Source: an uncultured Candidatus Saccharibacteria bacterium (GTDB lineage: Bacteria; Patescibacteriota; Saccharimonadia; Saccharimonadales; 2-12-FULL-41-12). Taken from it: DNA of 64,000 nucleotides. Location of the stretch: positions 149,788 to 213,787 of the forward strand of contig CAMTYB010000001.1 of assembly GCA_947085855.1 (NCBI GenBank), written 5' to 3'. This document shows, in pieces, positions 29,117-38,674 of the stretch (position 1 is the stretch's first letter; every line of letters begins with the position of its first letter). The position numbers were made by a program, and so were the translations under genes. The notes beneath the pieces were generated by a model. It saw only the letters and a program-made list of their open reading frames with translations, ran no database searches and was not told the origin of the DNA.

Positions 29117-29800
29117 ATGTTTCATATTGGCATACAGGCAGCTGCTCAGCCTCTTCTTCACGGTCTTGTAGGTCACTGGAAATTTACTGGCAACGCGTTC
29201 GACTCATCTGGTAGCGGAAATAACTTATCGGTTGTAGGCGCAACCTTAGGAGCTAATAGATTTGGTACGAGTAGCGCGTCTTACTTCTTTAACGGTAGCG
29301 GTGCGTACCTTATAAAATCCACCCCCGTAACTGGCTTAAGTTTCACCGATAATTTCTCAATTAGCTTGTGGTGCAACATAGCTTCATTCTCTGAATCCTC
29401 GTACTTTGGACTAAAGAATGTCTTGGTACAGAAAGGTCCAGCGAGTACATATAATTTTGCTATCCAAGCTTCAAGTTCAACATCGATTAGCTTTATCAAG
29501 AGAACCACTCCTGAATCCCTCATTTTTCGAACGTTTACCGGACTATCTGACTATACGAATGCATGGACTCATATTGTCTGTGTTGTAACTGGCGGTTTTG
29601 TGAATTTGTACTTCAATGGTGTGTATATTTCTCAACTATCGGTCAGCAATATAGCCCCAGGACCAAGTGATAGTTTGCTTATTGGGAACATTGGCAGTAT
29701 AACGCCTTTTCAAGGCTCAATCGATGACATCAGAATATACAACCGACCCCTTAGCGCCCTAGAAGTAACTACGCTTCACGAGACAAGTCAAGATATCTAG
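29117..29800 (+). CDS. LamG / concanavalin-A-like lectin domain protein
   Basis: GHWKFTGNAFDSSGSGNN...SISLWCN...WTHIVCVV...NLYFNGV...GSIDDIRIYNRPLSALEV is a typical LamG-domain pattern. The ATG at 29117 lies 2 nt after the upstream stop. Confidence 0.8.
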   Translation: MFHIGIQAAAQPLLHGLVGHWKFTGNAFDSSGSGNNLSVVGATLGANRFGTSSASYFFNGSGAYLIKSTPVTGLSFTDNFSISLWCNIASFSESSYFGLKNVLVQKGPASTYNFAIQASSSTSISFIKRTTPESLIFRTFTGLSDYTNAWTHIVCVVTGGFVNLYFNGVYISQLSVSNIAPGPSDSLLIGNIGSITPFQGSIDDIRIYNRPLSALEVTTLHETSQDI

Positions 29801-29893
29801 ACAAATGAACCTTCGCACTTCGGTTGCTACCACTATAGTTTTTATGATTAAATACATGGTAAATAACATTGAGGTAACAAAAAAGAAGAAAAT

Positions 29894-32557
29894 ATGCCGC
29901 GCTTACCGGTTCCAGGCTCTGATGATGGGCAATGGGGAGATCTTCTCAATGCCTTCTTACGCGTTGAACATAATGACGACGGTTCCTTAAAGACCCTTTA
30001 TATTCCAGCGACAGAGAAGGGACAGGTCGATGGCATAGCCACGCTGGACAGTGGCGGAAAAGTGCCAACCAGTCAGCTGCCTGCCGCAGCTATCGCAGGT
30101 GACGCCACCGCTATCCAGAAGGGCATCCTCCAGTTATCGGGCGACTTAGGTGGCACAGCCAGTAGCCCAACCGTACCGGGCTTAGCCGGCAAAGCCGACA
30201 CCAGCGCTGTCCTCCTTAAGGGCAGTAACCTTTCTGACCTTAATAACTTCTCAACCGCTCGCTCTAACCTGGGACTAGCTATTGGCAGTGATGTCCAAGC
30301 CTGGGACGCCGACCTCGATACCTGGGCTACCAAAGTTGCACCAAGCGGTACTGTAGTAGGTACAAGCGACTCTCAAATCCTCACCAACAAAACGCTTACC
30401 AGCCCAGCCATCACGAGCCCTACGGGCATCACCAAGTCAGATGTTAGCCTCGGTAATGTCGACAATACAAGCGATCTTAGCAAGCCGATCTCAACCGCCG
30501 CCCAAACTGCTTTAGACCTCAAAGAAAATTCAGCTAACAAATCTACCCTTACTTCTCTCGGCACGTCAGATACACTATTTCCAACTCAAAACGCCGTTAA
30601 AGCCTACGTAGATACCCAAGTTGGCAGTTATATACCTTTGGCCGGCGGTACCGTAACAGGCAGCCTGACAATGTCCGGTGCTTCGACACAAATACTATTC
30701 CCAGACAACGGCACAACATCGGGAGGGCTTAGCTTTGGCGGTGACACAACATTCACTCGGACAAACACGGGAACTCTAAGAATAACTGCTGCTGCGCCAA
30801 TCTTGGAATTCACTTCAACCAACAACACATCAGGCATACGACTCAACGTAACGAGCGCTGCTACGACCGCTTTTAGGTTCCAATACTCCGGGACCTCACT
30901 GATAACTGTTAACCCCACTGGTACCACACTGATAAGTCCTAACAATAACACTGTAAGAACAATTAATACGATCGTCCCGCAACTCCAGGTGGAGGGCACG
31001 GATGCCGCGACGTCATCCTTCTCAATTACCAGAAATTCCGCTGACGCCAATGCGCCTGGCATATATCTATCTAAGTCTCGCGGTGCTGCCAATGGATCAA
31101 CGACTATCGTCCAATCTGGCGATAACCTTGGCCAGATAAGCTTCATGGGTGCAAATGGCACCAATACAAATGCATTTGGTGCTGCCATTAAAGCCGAAGT
31201 TGATGGAGCACCTGGCACGTCCGACATGCCGGGCCGTCTGGTTTTCATGACGACCCTAGACGGTGCTATTGCAGCTACCGAGCGCATGAGAATAGACAAC
31301 ACCGGTCAGGTTGGAATAGGTGTTACGCCAACTGCCTCAAATGGATACCTTCAACTACCGGCTGGCACCACCCTCGCTACTGGTGGTATTTCCTGGGGAA
31401 CTGATACGGCGTTGTACCGAACCAGCGCAGCCGTTATTAACGCCACCGGCGCACTAGTATCAAGCAGTTACGTAGTAGCCTATAATTCAAGTGCTTTCCA
31501 GGTTACACTCGGCCGTATCTCTGCCGGCGTGCCTGCCGCTGGCATTACACTCGGCTCTACACAAGATGTGAATATATATCGAGGTGCGGCCGACCAACTT
31601 AACACCGACGACAATATGGTCATTGCCCAGAAGTTAACAATCGGTAGCTCTACGTTGCAGCCGTATCTTTTCGATGTATCAGAAACATCGACTACTTTGA
31701 GCGGTACTTTACGAAGTATGTACTTCCACCCGAGCTATGTGCCTGCTAGTGATGATGGTAACGGCCTTTATTTACTTGCAGCTGTCATGGGCCCGACCTA
31801 TGGAGGTGCGATCAACAAAACAGCAAGCGGATCTTTTATGGGCGGCATTTACATCAACCCAATCATCAGTAGTACGGGTGGTATACCAATTAAAGGTATT
31901 GATATCAATGTCAGTAATAACTCAACTGCTACTATCCCTTATTACCGTGGTGTTGATGTCAGAGCTGCCGCTCCTGGTTCCGGAGCTATAACCACTGCCT
32001 ACGGAGTCTACATTGGAGATATGCAGCCTGCTGGTGTAACAACTGGCTACGGAGTCTATCTAGCTGGCACAGGGGTCGGTAACTCTATTAACTGGAACGG
32101 AGACACTAACTTATATCGAAGTGCGGCTAATACTCTTAAAACCGACGACAACCTGATTGTGGCTGGGGCAGGTAGTGCGGCTGGTTCAGTCGTAACCGTC
32201 GATAGCACGCAAAGCCTATCTAATAAGCGTCTGACGCCTCGCGTTACAACCATCACATCATCTGCAACTCCGACAGTTAATACCGACAATTGTGATGCAG
32301 TAACTATTACTGCTCTAGCTACAGCCATCACCTCTATGAGCAGTGGGCTCACCGGTACTCCGGTCGACTTCCAAAAACTCGTGATTCGCATCAAGGACGA
32401 TGGCACGGCTCGTGGTATCACATGGGGTGCTTCATTTGCGTCACGGGGTGTAACGCTGCCGACTACAACAGTCCTGTCTAAAGTCTTGACTGTTGGCCTT
32501 ATCTATAACACCGTATCGAGCACCTGGGACTGTGTAGCCGTGGCTCAGGAGTCCTAA
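29894..32557 (+). CDS. Phage-tail-fibre-like / surface fibre protein, paralogue 2 (887 aa)
   Basis: The first ~240 aa are collinear with paralogue 1 and the first 33 aa are identical. It carries the same NLYRSAANTLKTDD repeats but a different C-terminal domain. Confidence 0.8.
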   Translation: MPRLPVPGSDDGQWGDLLNAFLRVEHNDDGSLKTLYIPATEKGQVDGIATLDSGGKVPTSQLPAAAIAGDATAIQKGILQLSGDLGGTASSPTVPGLAGKADTSAVLLKGSNLSDLNNFSTARSNLGLAIGSDVQAWDADLDTWATKVAPSGTVVGTSDSQILTNKTLTSPAITSPTGITKSDVSLGNVDNTSDLSKPISTAAQTALDLKENSANKSTLTSLGTSDTLFPTQNAVKAYVDTQVGSYIPLAGGTVTGSLTMSGASTQILFPDNGTTSGGLSFGGDTTFTRTNTGTLRITAAAPILEFTSTNNTSGIRLNVTSAATTAFRFQYSGTSLITVNPTGTTLISPNNNTVRTINTIVPQLQVEGTDAATSSFSITRNSADANAPGIYLSKSRGAANGSTTIVQSGDNLGQISFMGANGTNTNAFGAAIKAEVDGAPGTSDMPGRLVFMTTLDGAIAATERMRIDNTGQVGIGVTPTASNGYLQLPAGTTLATGGISWGTDTALYRTSAAVINATGALVSSSYVVAYNSSAFQVTLGRISAGVPAAGITLGSTQDVNIYRGAADQLNTDDNMVIAQKLTIGSSTLQPYLFDVSETSTTLSGTLRSMYFHPSYVPASDDGNGLYLLAAVMGPTYGGAINKTASGSFMGGIYINPIISSTGGIPIKGIDINVSNNSTATIPYYRGVDVRAAAPGSGAITTAYGVYIGDMQPAGVTTGYGVYLAGTGVGNSINWNGDTNLYRSAANTLKTDDNLIVAGAGSAAGSVVTVDSTQSLSNKRLTPRVTTITSSATPTVNTDNCDAVTITALATAITSMSSGLTGTPVDFQKLVIRIKDDGTARGITWGASFASRGVTLPTTTVLSKVLTVGLIYNTVSSTWDCVAVAQES

Positions 32558-32560
32558 AAG

Positions 32561-34654
32561 ATGGCAAACAGATATTGGGTCGGTGGTACAGCAACATGGA
32601 ATGGCGTGGCCGCTTCAAAATGGTCGACTACTTCCGGTGGAGCAAGCGGAGCATCAACACCGACCGCAGCCGATGATGTCTTTTTTGACGCCGCTTCAGG
32701 TGCAGCTATCGTGACGCTTGCCTCTACTGGCAGTGTAGCCCGCTCTGTTAATTGCACTGGCTTTACTGGGGAGATTATACACACTGCAACCGTACCCCTT
32801 ACGCTCGGCGACAGTACGGCCGGGGCAGGCAACGTAGCTCTTCTACTGAGCGCCACGATGACATATACCGTTAACGTTGCTGCCACCTCAACCATTGCTT
32901 TTGTGTCAACCTCTGCAACTCAGCAAACAATCACCACAAACGGCAAGACTCTTGGAAGTTGGTCTATTAATGGGGCAGGCAGCAACTATCTGCTTGCCGA
33001 TAGTAATAGCGTTAGTTCGACTGCAACGGTTACGCTTACTCAAGGCACATTGAATACAAATAGCCAGACATGTTCATGGGGATTCTTTAGTTCAACAAAC
33101 TCAAACACCAGGACGCTAACCATGGGTAGTTCCGCTATAACCCTAACTGCTACCGGCACAGCATGGAACACGAGCACCTTCACAAACCTGACCGTTACAG
33201 CTAACACCTCAGTTGTCACTCTAACTGGCGCAGCCTCTACTTGGTTTGGCGGCTCCGGATTCAACACCAACGGTGGTTCTATTGTAATGGCTGGCTCTGG
33301 GCTAGCCACCGTCGCCAATAGCTTTACTTGTGCCAATCTTACGCGAACTGGCACAGCCTCCAGAACTGACAGCATGCAATTTAACGGCGGCAGTACTGTC
33401 GTAACTGGCACGCTCACTATAACTGGTAATAGTGCCGTAAATCGTGTACTCGTGACATCCCTTACGATAGGCACAGCCTGTAATGTAACTGCGGCAGCCG
33501 TATCGCTAGCCAATGTTGATTTTAGAGATATAAATGCCATTGGGGCAGCCATACCATTCACCGGCACATCGCTTGGCGACTGCCTTGGCAACACTAATAT
33601 TACTTTTGACACACCAACAACGCGTTACTGGGTAGGAGGAGGGGGTGAGTGGAGCAGTACCAATAGGTGGTCAACAACGTCTGGCGGTTCGAGTGGTGCC
33701 AGCGTGCCGCTACCACAAGATGATGTTATTATCGACGACAATTCGGGCTCGGGCTTTACTTTCACAATGGGGATGCCAAGAATTGGTAAGAACGTCACCT
33801 TTTCAATAACAAACCCTTGTACATACGCAAGCGCTGGCAACACTCTTACGGTCTACGGCTCAATAACACTACCTGCTGCGCTCACAAACAGCTGGCTTAA
33901 CACGACCACATTTGCAGGCAGAAGTTCGCACACCGTCACTTCTAACAGTAAGTCCTTTTTCACCCTCGTGATTGCAGCTCCTACCGGTACGTATACGCTA
34001 ACCGATGCAATAGTCATACCTAACAACTTCACGCTCAACGGAGGCACATTTGCTTCTGCTGGATTCGGTGTAACAGCAGCCGCATTCCTTGGTTCAAGCA
34101 CGGCCGGTGCAATTACATTAAATATGGGGAGTAGTACGTGGACCATGACAAGTACGGCAGTCATCACCGTCTTTGGCATGGGTGCTGGTACCGTTACGAA
34201 TTCAAGCGCGTCAACTATTGTAGTAGCCAACGCCAGTGCAAATACACGAACATTTACTGGCACCAGTCAGACATTCGGCACATTAACTTACATCGTTGCA
34301 GGCTCCACCGGTCAGCTCAACATTACTGGCTCAAATACGTTTAGTACTATTAATTTTTCAGATGTTAGTAATTCCAGAACGCTACGATTTACCAGTGGCA
34401 CCACAACCACGATTACCAGCAACTTTAACGTCAATGGCACCGCCGGCAAGCCTATGATAATAAGTTCGAGTACGGGTGGCTCAGCCGCCATACTTTCCAA
34501 GTCGAGCGGTATTATTATGTGCGACTATTTATCAATTCAGGACTCCACAGCAACCGGCGGTGCCAGCTGGTATGCGGGTTCCAATTCAACGAGTGTGTCA
34601 GGTAATTCTGGTTGGATTTTTAATAATCCGAGTGACTTTTTGCAAATGTTCTAA
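32561..34654 (+). CDS. Beta-helix-like surface protein with a duplicated RYWVGG...WSTTSGG...DDV module (697 aa)
   Basis: MANRYWVGGTATWNGVAASKWSTTSGGASGASTPTAADDVFFD recurs internally as TRYWVGGGGEWSSTNRWSTTSGGSSGASVPLPQDDVIID. Thr/Ser/Gly/Asn-rich short-strand repeats. Confidence 0.8.
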   Translation: MANRYWVGGTATWNGVAASKWSTTSGGASGASTPTAADDVFFDAASGAAIVTLASTGSVARSVNCTGFTGEIIHTATVPLTLGDSTAGAGNVALLLSATMTYTVNVAATSTIAFVSTSATQQTITTNGKTLGSWSINGAGSNYLLADSNSVSSTATVTLTQGTLNTNSQTCSWGFFSSTNSNTRTLTMGSSAITLTATGTAWNTSTFTNLTVTANTSVVTLTGAASTWFGGSGFNTNGGSIVMAGSGLATVANSFTCANLTRTGTASRTDSMQFNGGSTVVTGTLTITGNSAVNRVLVTSLTIGTACNVTAAAVSLANVDFRDINAIGAAIPFTGTSLGDCLGNTNITFDTPTTRYWVGGGGEWSSTNRWSTTSGGSSGASVPLPQDDVIIDDNSGSGFTFTMGMPRIGKNVTFSITNPCTYASAGNTLTVYGSITLPAALTNSWLNTTTFAGRSSHTVTSNSKSFFTLVIAAPTGTYTLTDAIVIPNNFTLNGGTFASAGFGVTAAAFLGSSTAGAITLNMGSSTWTMTSTAVITVFGMGAGTVTNSSASTIVVANASANTRTFTGTSQTFGTLTYIVAGSTGQLNITGSNTFSTINFSDVSNSRTLRFTSGTTTTITSNFNVNGTAGKPMIISSSTGGSAAILSKSSGIIMCDYLSIQDSTATGGASWYAGSNSTSVSGNSGWIFNNPSDFLQMF

Positions 34655-34662
34655 ATTGTCTA

Positions 34663-35370
34663 TCAGCTGATTTTAGTGCCGATGTTTTTGCCTGAAGCAG
34701 CAGACGCGATAGCATCTTCTTGCATTGGATTGAAGATAACTAGTTGCATGCCTTGCTCCATAGCAAGACCCATAGCAGCCTTGTCCATCACTTTGATGTG
34801 AGCGTTTTCAACGGCGTGCTGAAAGTCTAGGCTTTCGAAAATCTTAGCTTCCGGGTGTTTGGCCGGATCTTTATCATAAACACCATCAACCTTGGTGGCT
34901 TTCAGTACAATATCGCAGTCCATTTCTAAGCCGAGGGAAACAGCTGCCGTATCAGTCGTAAGATAGGGTCGACCAAGACCGCCGGCCGCAACTACAATTC
35001 GACCTTTTTCAAGGTGTTTATTTGCCAAACGATAGACGAATTTTTCGGCTACTTGTTCGGCAAAAATATTGCTAAGGCAGCGGGTTTTAACATTATTAGC
35101 TTCAAAAATGTCAGTTAATGCCAGGGCGTTGATCATAGTAGCCAACATGCCCATATGGTCGCCGGTAACGCGACGGATGCCATGGCCGGCAATTTGGGCG
35201 CCACGGACAAAGTTGCCACCACCAACCATAATAACCACTTCAGTGCCAGTGTCAGAGACTTTTTTCACTTCTTGAGCAAACCAAGCTGCCAGCTCAGGAT
35301 CTATACCGTTATCAAATTTGCCGGCCAACATCTCGCCGGAGAGTTTGAGGAGAACTCGTTTATAAGCCAT
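34663..35370 (-). CDS. pyrH: UMP kinase
   Basis: YKRVLLKLSGE, MVGGGNFVRG and the typical 235-aa length. Confidence 0.95.
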   Translation of the reverse strand: MAYKRVLLKLSGEMLAGKFDNGIDPELAAWFAQEVKKVSDTGTEVVIMVGGGNFVRGAQIAGHGIRRVTGDHMGMLATMINALALTDIFEANNVKTRCLSNIFAEQVAEKFVYRLANKHLEKGRIVVAAGGLGRPYLTTDTAAVSLGLEMDCDIVLKATKVDGVYDKDPAKHPEAKIFESLDFQHAVENAHIKVMDKAAMGLAMEQGMQLVIFNPMQEDAIASAASGKNIGTKIS

Positions 35371-35472
35371 TAAGGGTTGATTATAGCAAGGTTTTGTATA
35401 CTCTACAATATTTTCACCATAAGCACCAAGCTGCTGTCCTCTCTAACGCTGGGACACTGGTATACTGGAGTT

Positions 35473-36276
35473 ATGAAGATATACTCATGGAACGTAAATG
35501 GCATCCGAGCTGTCTGGAACAAAGGTGCCTTCCAAAAATTCATCGAAGAACACAACCCTGATATTTTATGCCTCCAAGAAACCAAGGCCGAACAAGGCCA
35601 AAGCGAAGTAGACTTACCGGATTATGAAGAATACTGGAACTCAGCCCGCAAAAAAGGCTACTCTGGCACAGCCATCTTCACCAAGACCAAGCCACTGGCT
35701 GTCCGCAATGATTTTCCAGAAGAAATCACGAGAAAGTACGATGCTATGGTCGACAACTATGGCGACCCGCTACACGAGGGCAGAGTACTGACTGCTGAGT
35801 TTGAAAAATTCTATCTGGTAACTGTCTATACACCAAACTCCAAAGGCGACCTCACGCGTTTGAGCTTGCGCCACAAACTGTGGGATAAAGTTTTCCTGGA
35901 GTATATGAAGCACCTGGAAGAGAAGAAGCCAGTCGTTTTTTGTGGCGACCTTAATGTTGCGCATACTGAAGATGATCTGGCTAATCCCAAGCCCAATGTT
36001 GGCAAGCATGGCTTTACCGATGAAGAACGCGAAGGTTTTGGCAATTTTTTGAAGGCTGGCTTTATAGATACGCTCCGACTTTTCCATAAAGGCAACGGCT
36101 TTTACACCTGGTGGACACACTGGGCCAACGCCCGCGCCAGGAACGTAGGTTGGCGCATCGACTACTTTTTGGTCTCCGGCAGCCTACAAGACTCGGTCAA
36201 AGCCGCTGAAATCCATCCAGACGTCATGGGGTCTGACCACTGTCCAATCAGCCTCGAACTCAACATATCAAAGTAG
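35473..36276 (+). CDS. xth: Exodeoxyribonuclease III (AP endonuclease family)
   Basis: MKIYSWNVNGIRA...LCLQETK...GDLNVAH...SDHCP. The ATG at 35473 is preferred over the track's upstream TTG. Confidence 0.9.
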   Translation: MKIYSWNVNGIRAVWNKGAFQKFIEEHNPDILCLQETKAEQGQSEVDLPDYEEYWNSARKKGYSGTAIFTKTKPLAVRNDFPEEITRKYDAMVDNYGDPLHEGRVLTAEFEKFYLVTVYTPNSKGDLTRLSLRHKLWDKVFLEYMKHLEEKKPVVFCGDLNVAHTEDDLANPKPNVGKHGFTDEEREGFGNFLKAGFIDTLRLFHKGNGFYTWWTHWANARARNVGWRIDYFLVSGSLQDSVKAAEIHPDVMGSDHCPISLELNISK

Positions 36277-36284
36277 AAAACTGC

Positions 36285-36917
36285 ATGAAATTATACTTGT
36301 CTTCCTACAGAATTCCCGACAGCCAAGCGCTGATTGCACTAACCGACAAAACTGCCGAAGACATCCGGGTGGCTCTTATACCGAATGCCAAGGATTACTA
36401 CGCGGAACGTGCTCGAAATGTAAAGCTACAAGAGAGCATTGAATATTTCCGCTCACGGGGACTGGCGAGCGAGGTTGTCGACTTACGAGAATATCGCAAC
36501 CCAGACGAACTCCGCCGAACACTACAAGCATATGACGTTATCTGGGCGGTCGGCGGCAACACATTTTGCTTACGTCACGAAATGCAAGCCAGCGGTTTTG
36601 ACATTGTTGTCAAAGATTTGCTGGAGCAGGGAATTGTATATGGCGGCGATAGTGCGGGCGCCTGTGTGGTCGGCACAACACTAAAGGGACTCGAAGGCGC
36701 CGATGATCCAGCATTTAGCGAATCTGTTATCTGGGAAGGTCTCGCTTTGGTGCCGCATTTTATTTTGCCCCATGTTGATAATCTGCTGTTTGCCGAGGAC
36801 ACAACTGCAGTACGCGCCCTCTACAAAGATGACCCGAGCTTGCTGGAACTAACCGATAGCCAAGCCTTCGTCGTCGGTGGAGATAAGACGCAATTAATCA
36901 CAGGGACGCGTCAATGA
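36285..36917 (+). CDS. Peptidase S51 (dipeptidase E-like) / type 1 glutamine amidotransferase-like protein
   Basis: GGNTFCL and the nucleophile elbow GGDSAGA. Confidence 0.8.
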   Translation: MKLYLSSYRIPDSQALIALTDKTAEDIRVALIPNAKDYYAERARNVKLQESIEYFRSRGLASEVVDLREYRNPDELRRTLQAYDVIWAVGGNTFCLRHEMQASGFDIVVKDLLEQGIVYGGDSAGACVVGTTLKGLEGADDPAFSESVIWEGLALVPHFILPHVDNLLFAEDTTAVRALYKDDPSLLELTDSQAFVVGGDKTQLITGTRQ

Positions 36918-37690
36918 ACACGGAGTGGTGGCAGCAACAGGCCACAAAGCCTCTCTATCCAGATATTTTGTGGAGTCGTCCACAGACGCGCGCCGGCGCC
37001 GGCAAATTCTTGATTATTGGCGGTCAAGCTCAAGAATTCAGTCATGTCGCCAGCACCTACGCCCATGCCGAAGCTGCCGGCGCCGGCACAGTCCGCGTCT
37101 TCTTACCTGAGAGTACCAAAAAATTAACCGGTAGCCTGGTTCATGTAGAATATGCGACAGCTAATCAAAGCGGTAGTTTTGCAAGCACTGCCTTAGCTGA
37201 CTTACTCGAAGCCGCCCAGTGGGCCGATGGCGCCCTACTGGCGGGTGATCTTGGTAAAAATAGTGAAACCAGCCTTATGCTGGAGCGCTTTATACACAAA
37301 TACGATGGCCTGGCAGCCATAGCAACGCATGCCTTGCCAAGTATTATGCACAGTATGAATCGAACTGTTGTACGACCCAATACGTTGTTAATCCTTGATT
37401 TTCATGATGTACAAAAATTACTAACGGATTTGCAATTTGAAATAGCTATTACTTCAGATATGCCAGCTTCTCATTTTGCACGAGCACTCCATGAATTCAC
37501 TAAAATATATCCGATCCATTTTGTAATCACACACGGCCTGCAAATCTGGACTAGTTCAGCAGGAAAGGTCGTGACTACCCAACGTACAGACAAGCTTTCT
37601 ATTGAGCAGCTGGCAAGTGTAGCTACAATTTGGGCGCTTCAGCAGCCAAACAAAATCTTTGAGTCAATTACAACTGCAGTTGTTGCCTGA
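36914..37690 (+). CDS. Divergent YjeF-C / carbohydrate-kinase-like protein (tentative)
   Basis: GAGKFLIIGGQ...AAGAGTVRVFLP...LLAGDLG resembles the N-terminal half of NAD(P)HX dehydratase-type proteins. The C-terminal GGxGD motif was not seen. Confidence 0.5.
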   Translation: MNTEWWQQQATKPLYPDILWSRPQTRAGAGKFLIIGGQAQEFSHVASTYAHAEAAGAGTVRVFLPESTKKLTGSLVHVEYATANQSGSFASTALADLLEAAQWADGALLAGDLGKNSETSLMLERFIHKYDGLAAIATHALPSIMHSMNRTVVRPNTLLILDFHDVQKLLTDLQFEIAITSDMPASHFARALHEFTKIYPIHFVITHGLQIWTSSAGKVVTTQRTDKLSIEQLASVATIWALQQPNKIFESITTAVVA

Positions 37691-37710
37691 CATACCACTT
37701 GTTACCATAG

Positions 37711-38373
37711 TTATTCGCTTTTTCCGAGCACGTGGCCGGCGACAAGTGCATATGCTTCATTTGATTCATGCAGATAGTTGAGCGCTACAGAGCCGGCCTG
37801 TCGCGCCAGATGATCAACAAACTCATCTCGGTTCAATTCACCGCCTTGGAGCCACGCCATTACCGGGTCATATTGCTCTGAACTGGAAACTACAATACTG
37901 CCGCCTTGAGCAGCAGCCAGCAATAGGCCGGCGCCATCTCGGTCTTCGATTCTGTGTGTCTGTGCCAACGAAGATGGCTCTTCGGGCAGAGGCTGCATAC
38001 CAACACATACCAGATCAATCTGGGGAAGTTCAGTCCTTTTCGGGGCTTCAGATGGTATATTTTTCTGATAGGCTTCAGCGTCATCAAGCAGGCGAGCCAT
38101 CAACAAACCAGCCACAGTGCGACGAGTTAGGATTCGACTCTTTGGATCCACGCCTAAAGCATCAGCTACCAGTGCGTTGATGTTTCTAAGCCGAGACTTT
38201 CCTCGAACTTCTTCGTCGCCTCGAATCGTGCGCAACGTTCCTGAGGTAGCATACACATTCCAGCCAGCTTGCGTTAATTCGCTCGCGAAGCGCGGGATAC
38301 CGACTTTGTCATGGACAGCCAGAAATGCATTCCGCTGTTTTTCTGGTGAATTTCTACGAAGAATATTATTCAT
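37711..38373 (-). CDS. MGS-like domain protein (tentative)
   Basis: AFLAVHDKVGIPRFASELTQAGWNVYATSGTLRTI matches the MGS-like fold signature. The rest is unrecognised. Confidence 0.5.
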   Translation of the reverse strand: MNNILRRNSPEKQRNAFLAVHDKVGIPRFASELTQAGWNVYATSGTLRTIRGDEEVRGKSRLRNINALVADALGVDPKSRILTRRTVAGLLMARLLDDAEAYQKNIPSEAPKRTELPQIDLVCVGMQPLPEEPSSLAQTHRIEDRDGAGLLLAAAQGGSIVVSSSEQYDPVMAWLQGGELNRDEFVDHLARQAGSVALNYLHESNEAYALVAGHVLGKSE

Positions 38374-38674
38374 GATTCCTTCTATCTTTCAGGCTTTTAT
38401 ATTTAGATTCTATAGGGCAGGTTAGGTACGTAATCTGAATCATGTTGTCCTCATGATAGCCTTTTTGTACACAACTGCAAGCATGAGCAAGCTACCCTAA
38501 TCAGATAGTCCAGACTCGCTCCTCAGTTGTGAATTTAACCATAGTTGCAGCCACAGCCTGCAAGTCGGCACAGCCATGGTCTGTCGGTCCATAACCACAC
38601 CTCAGTAAAGCAACTACTTACCTTGGTCTTACTTATGCTTGCAAATCTTCATACCATCTCTATGATGATAAGAT

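Noticed and set aside
26393-34500. Many long antisense or alternative-frame ORFs inside the fibre-like genes (for example 26393-26944, 27740-28192, 30628-31302, 32554-32895, 33040-33612, 33853-34263)
   Set aside because: They sit entirely within much longer sense ORFs that have recognisable domain and repeat structure. Their products are low-complexity Val/Pro/Ala/Ser strings with no start context. This is the typical by-product of Gly/Thr/Ala/Ser-rich codon periodicity on the opposite strand.
26265-34654. Calling the fibre locus a prophage, a diversity-generating retroelement target or a shufflon
   Set aside because: No integrase, terminase, capsid, tail-tube or lysis genes are present. There is no reverse transcriptase and no template/variable repeat pair. 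No invertase or flanking inverted repeats could be found by eye. Only the fibre-like proteins themselves are phage-like.
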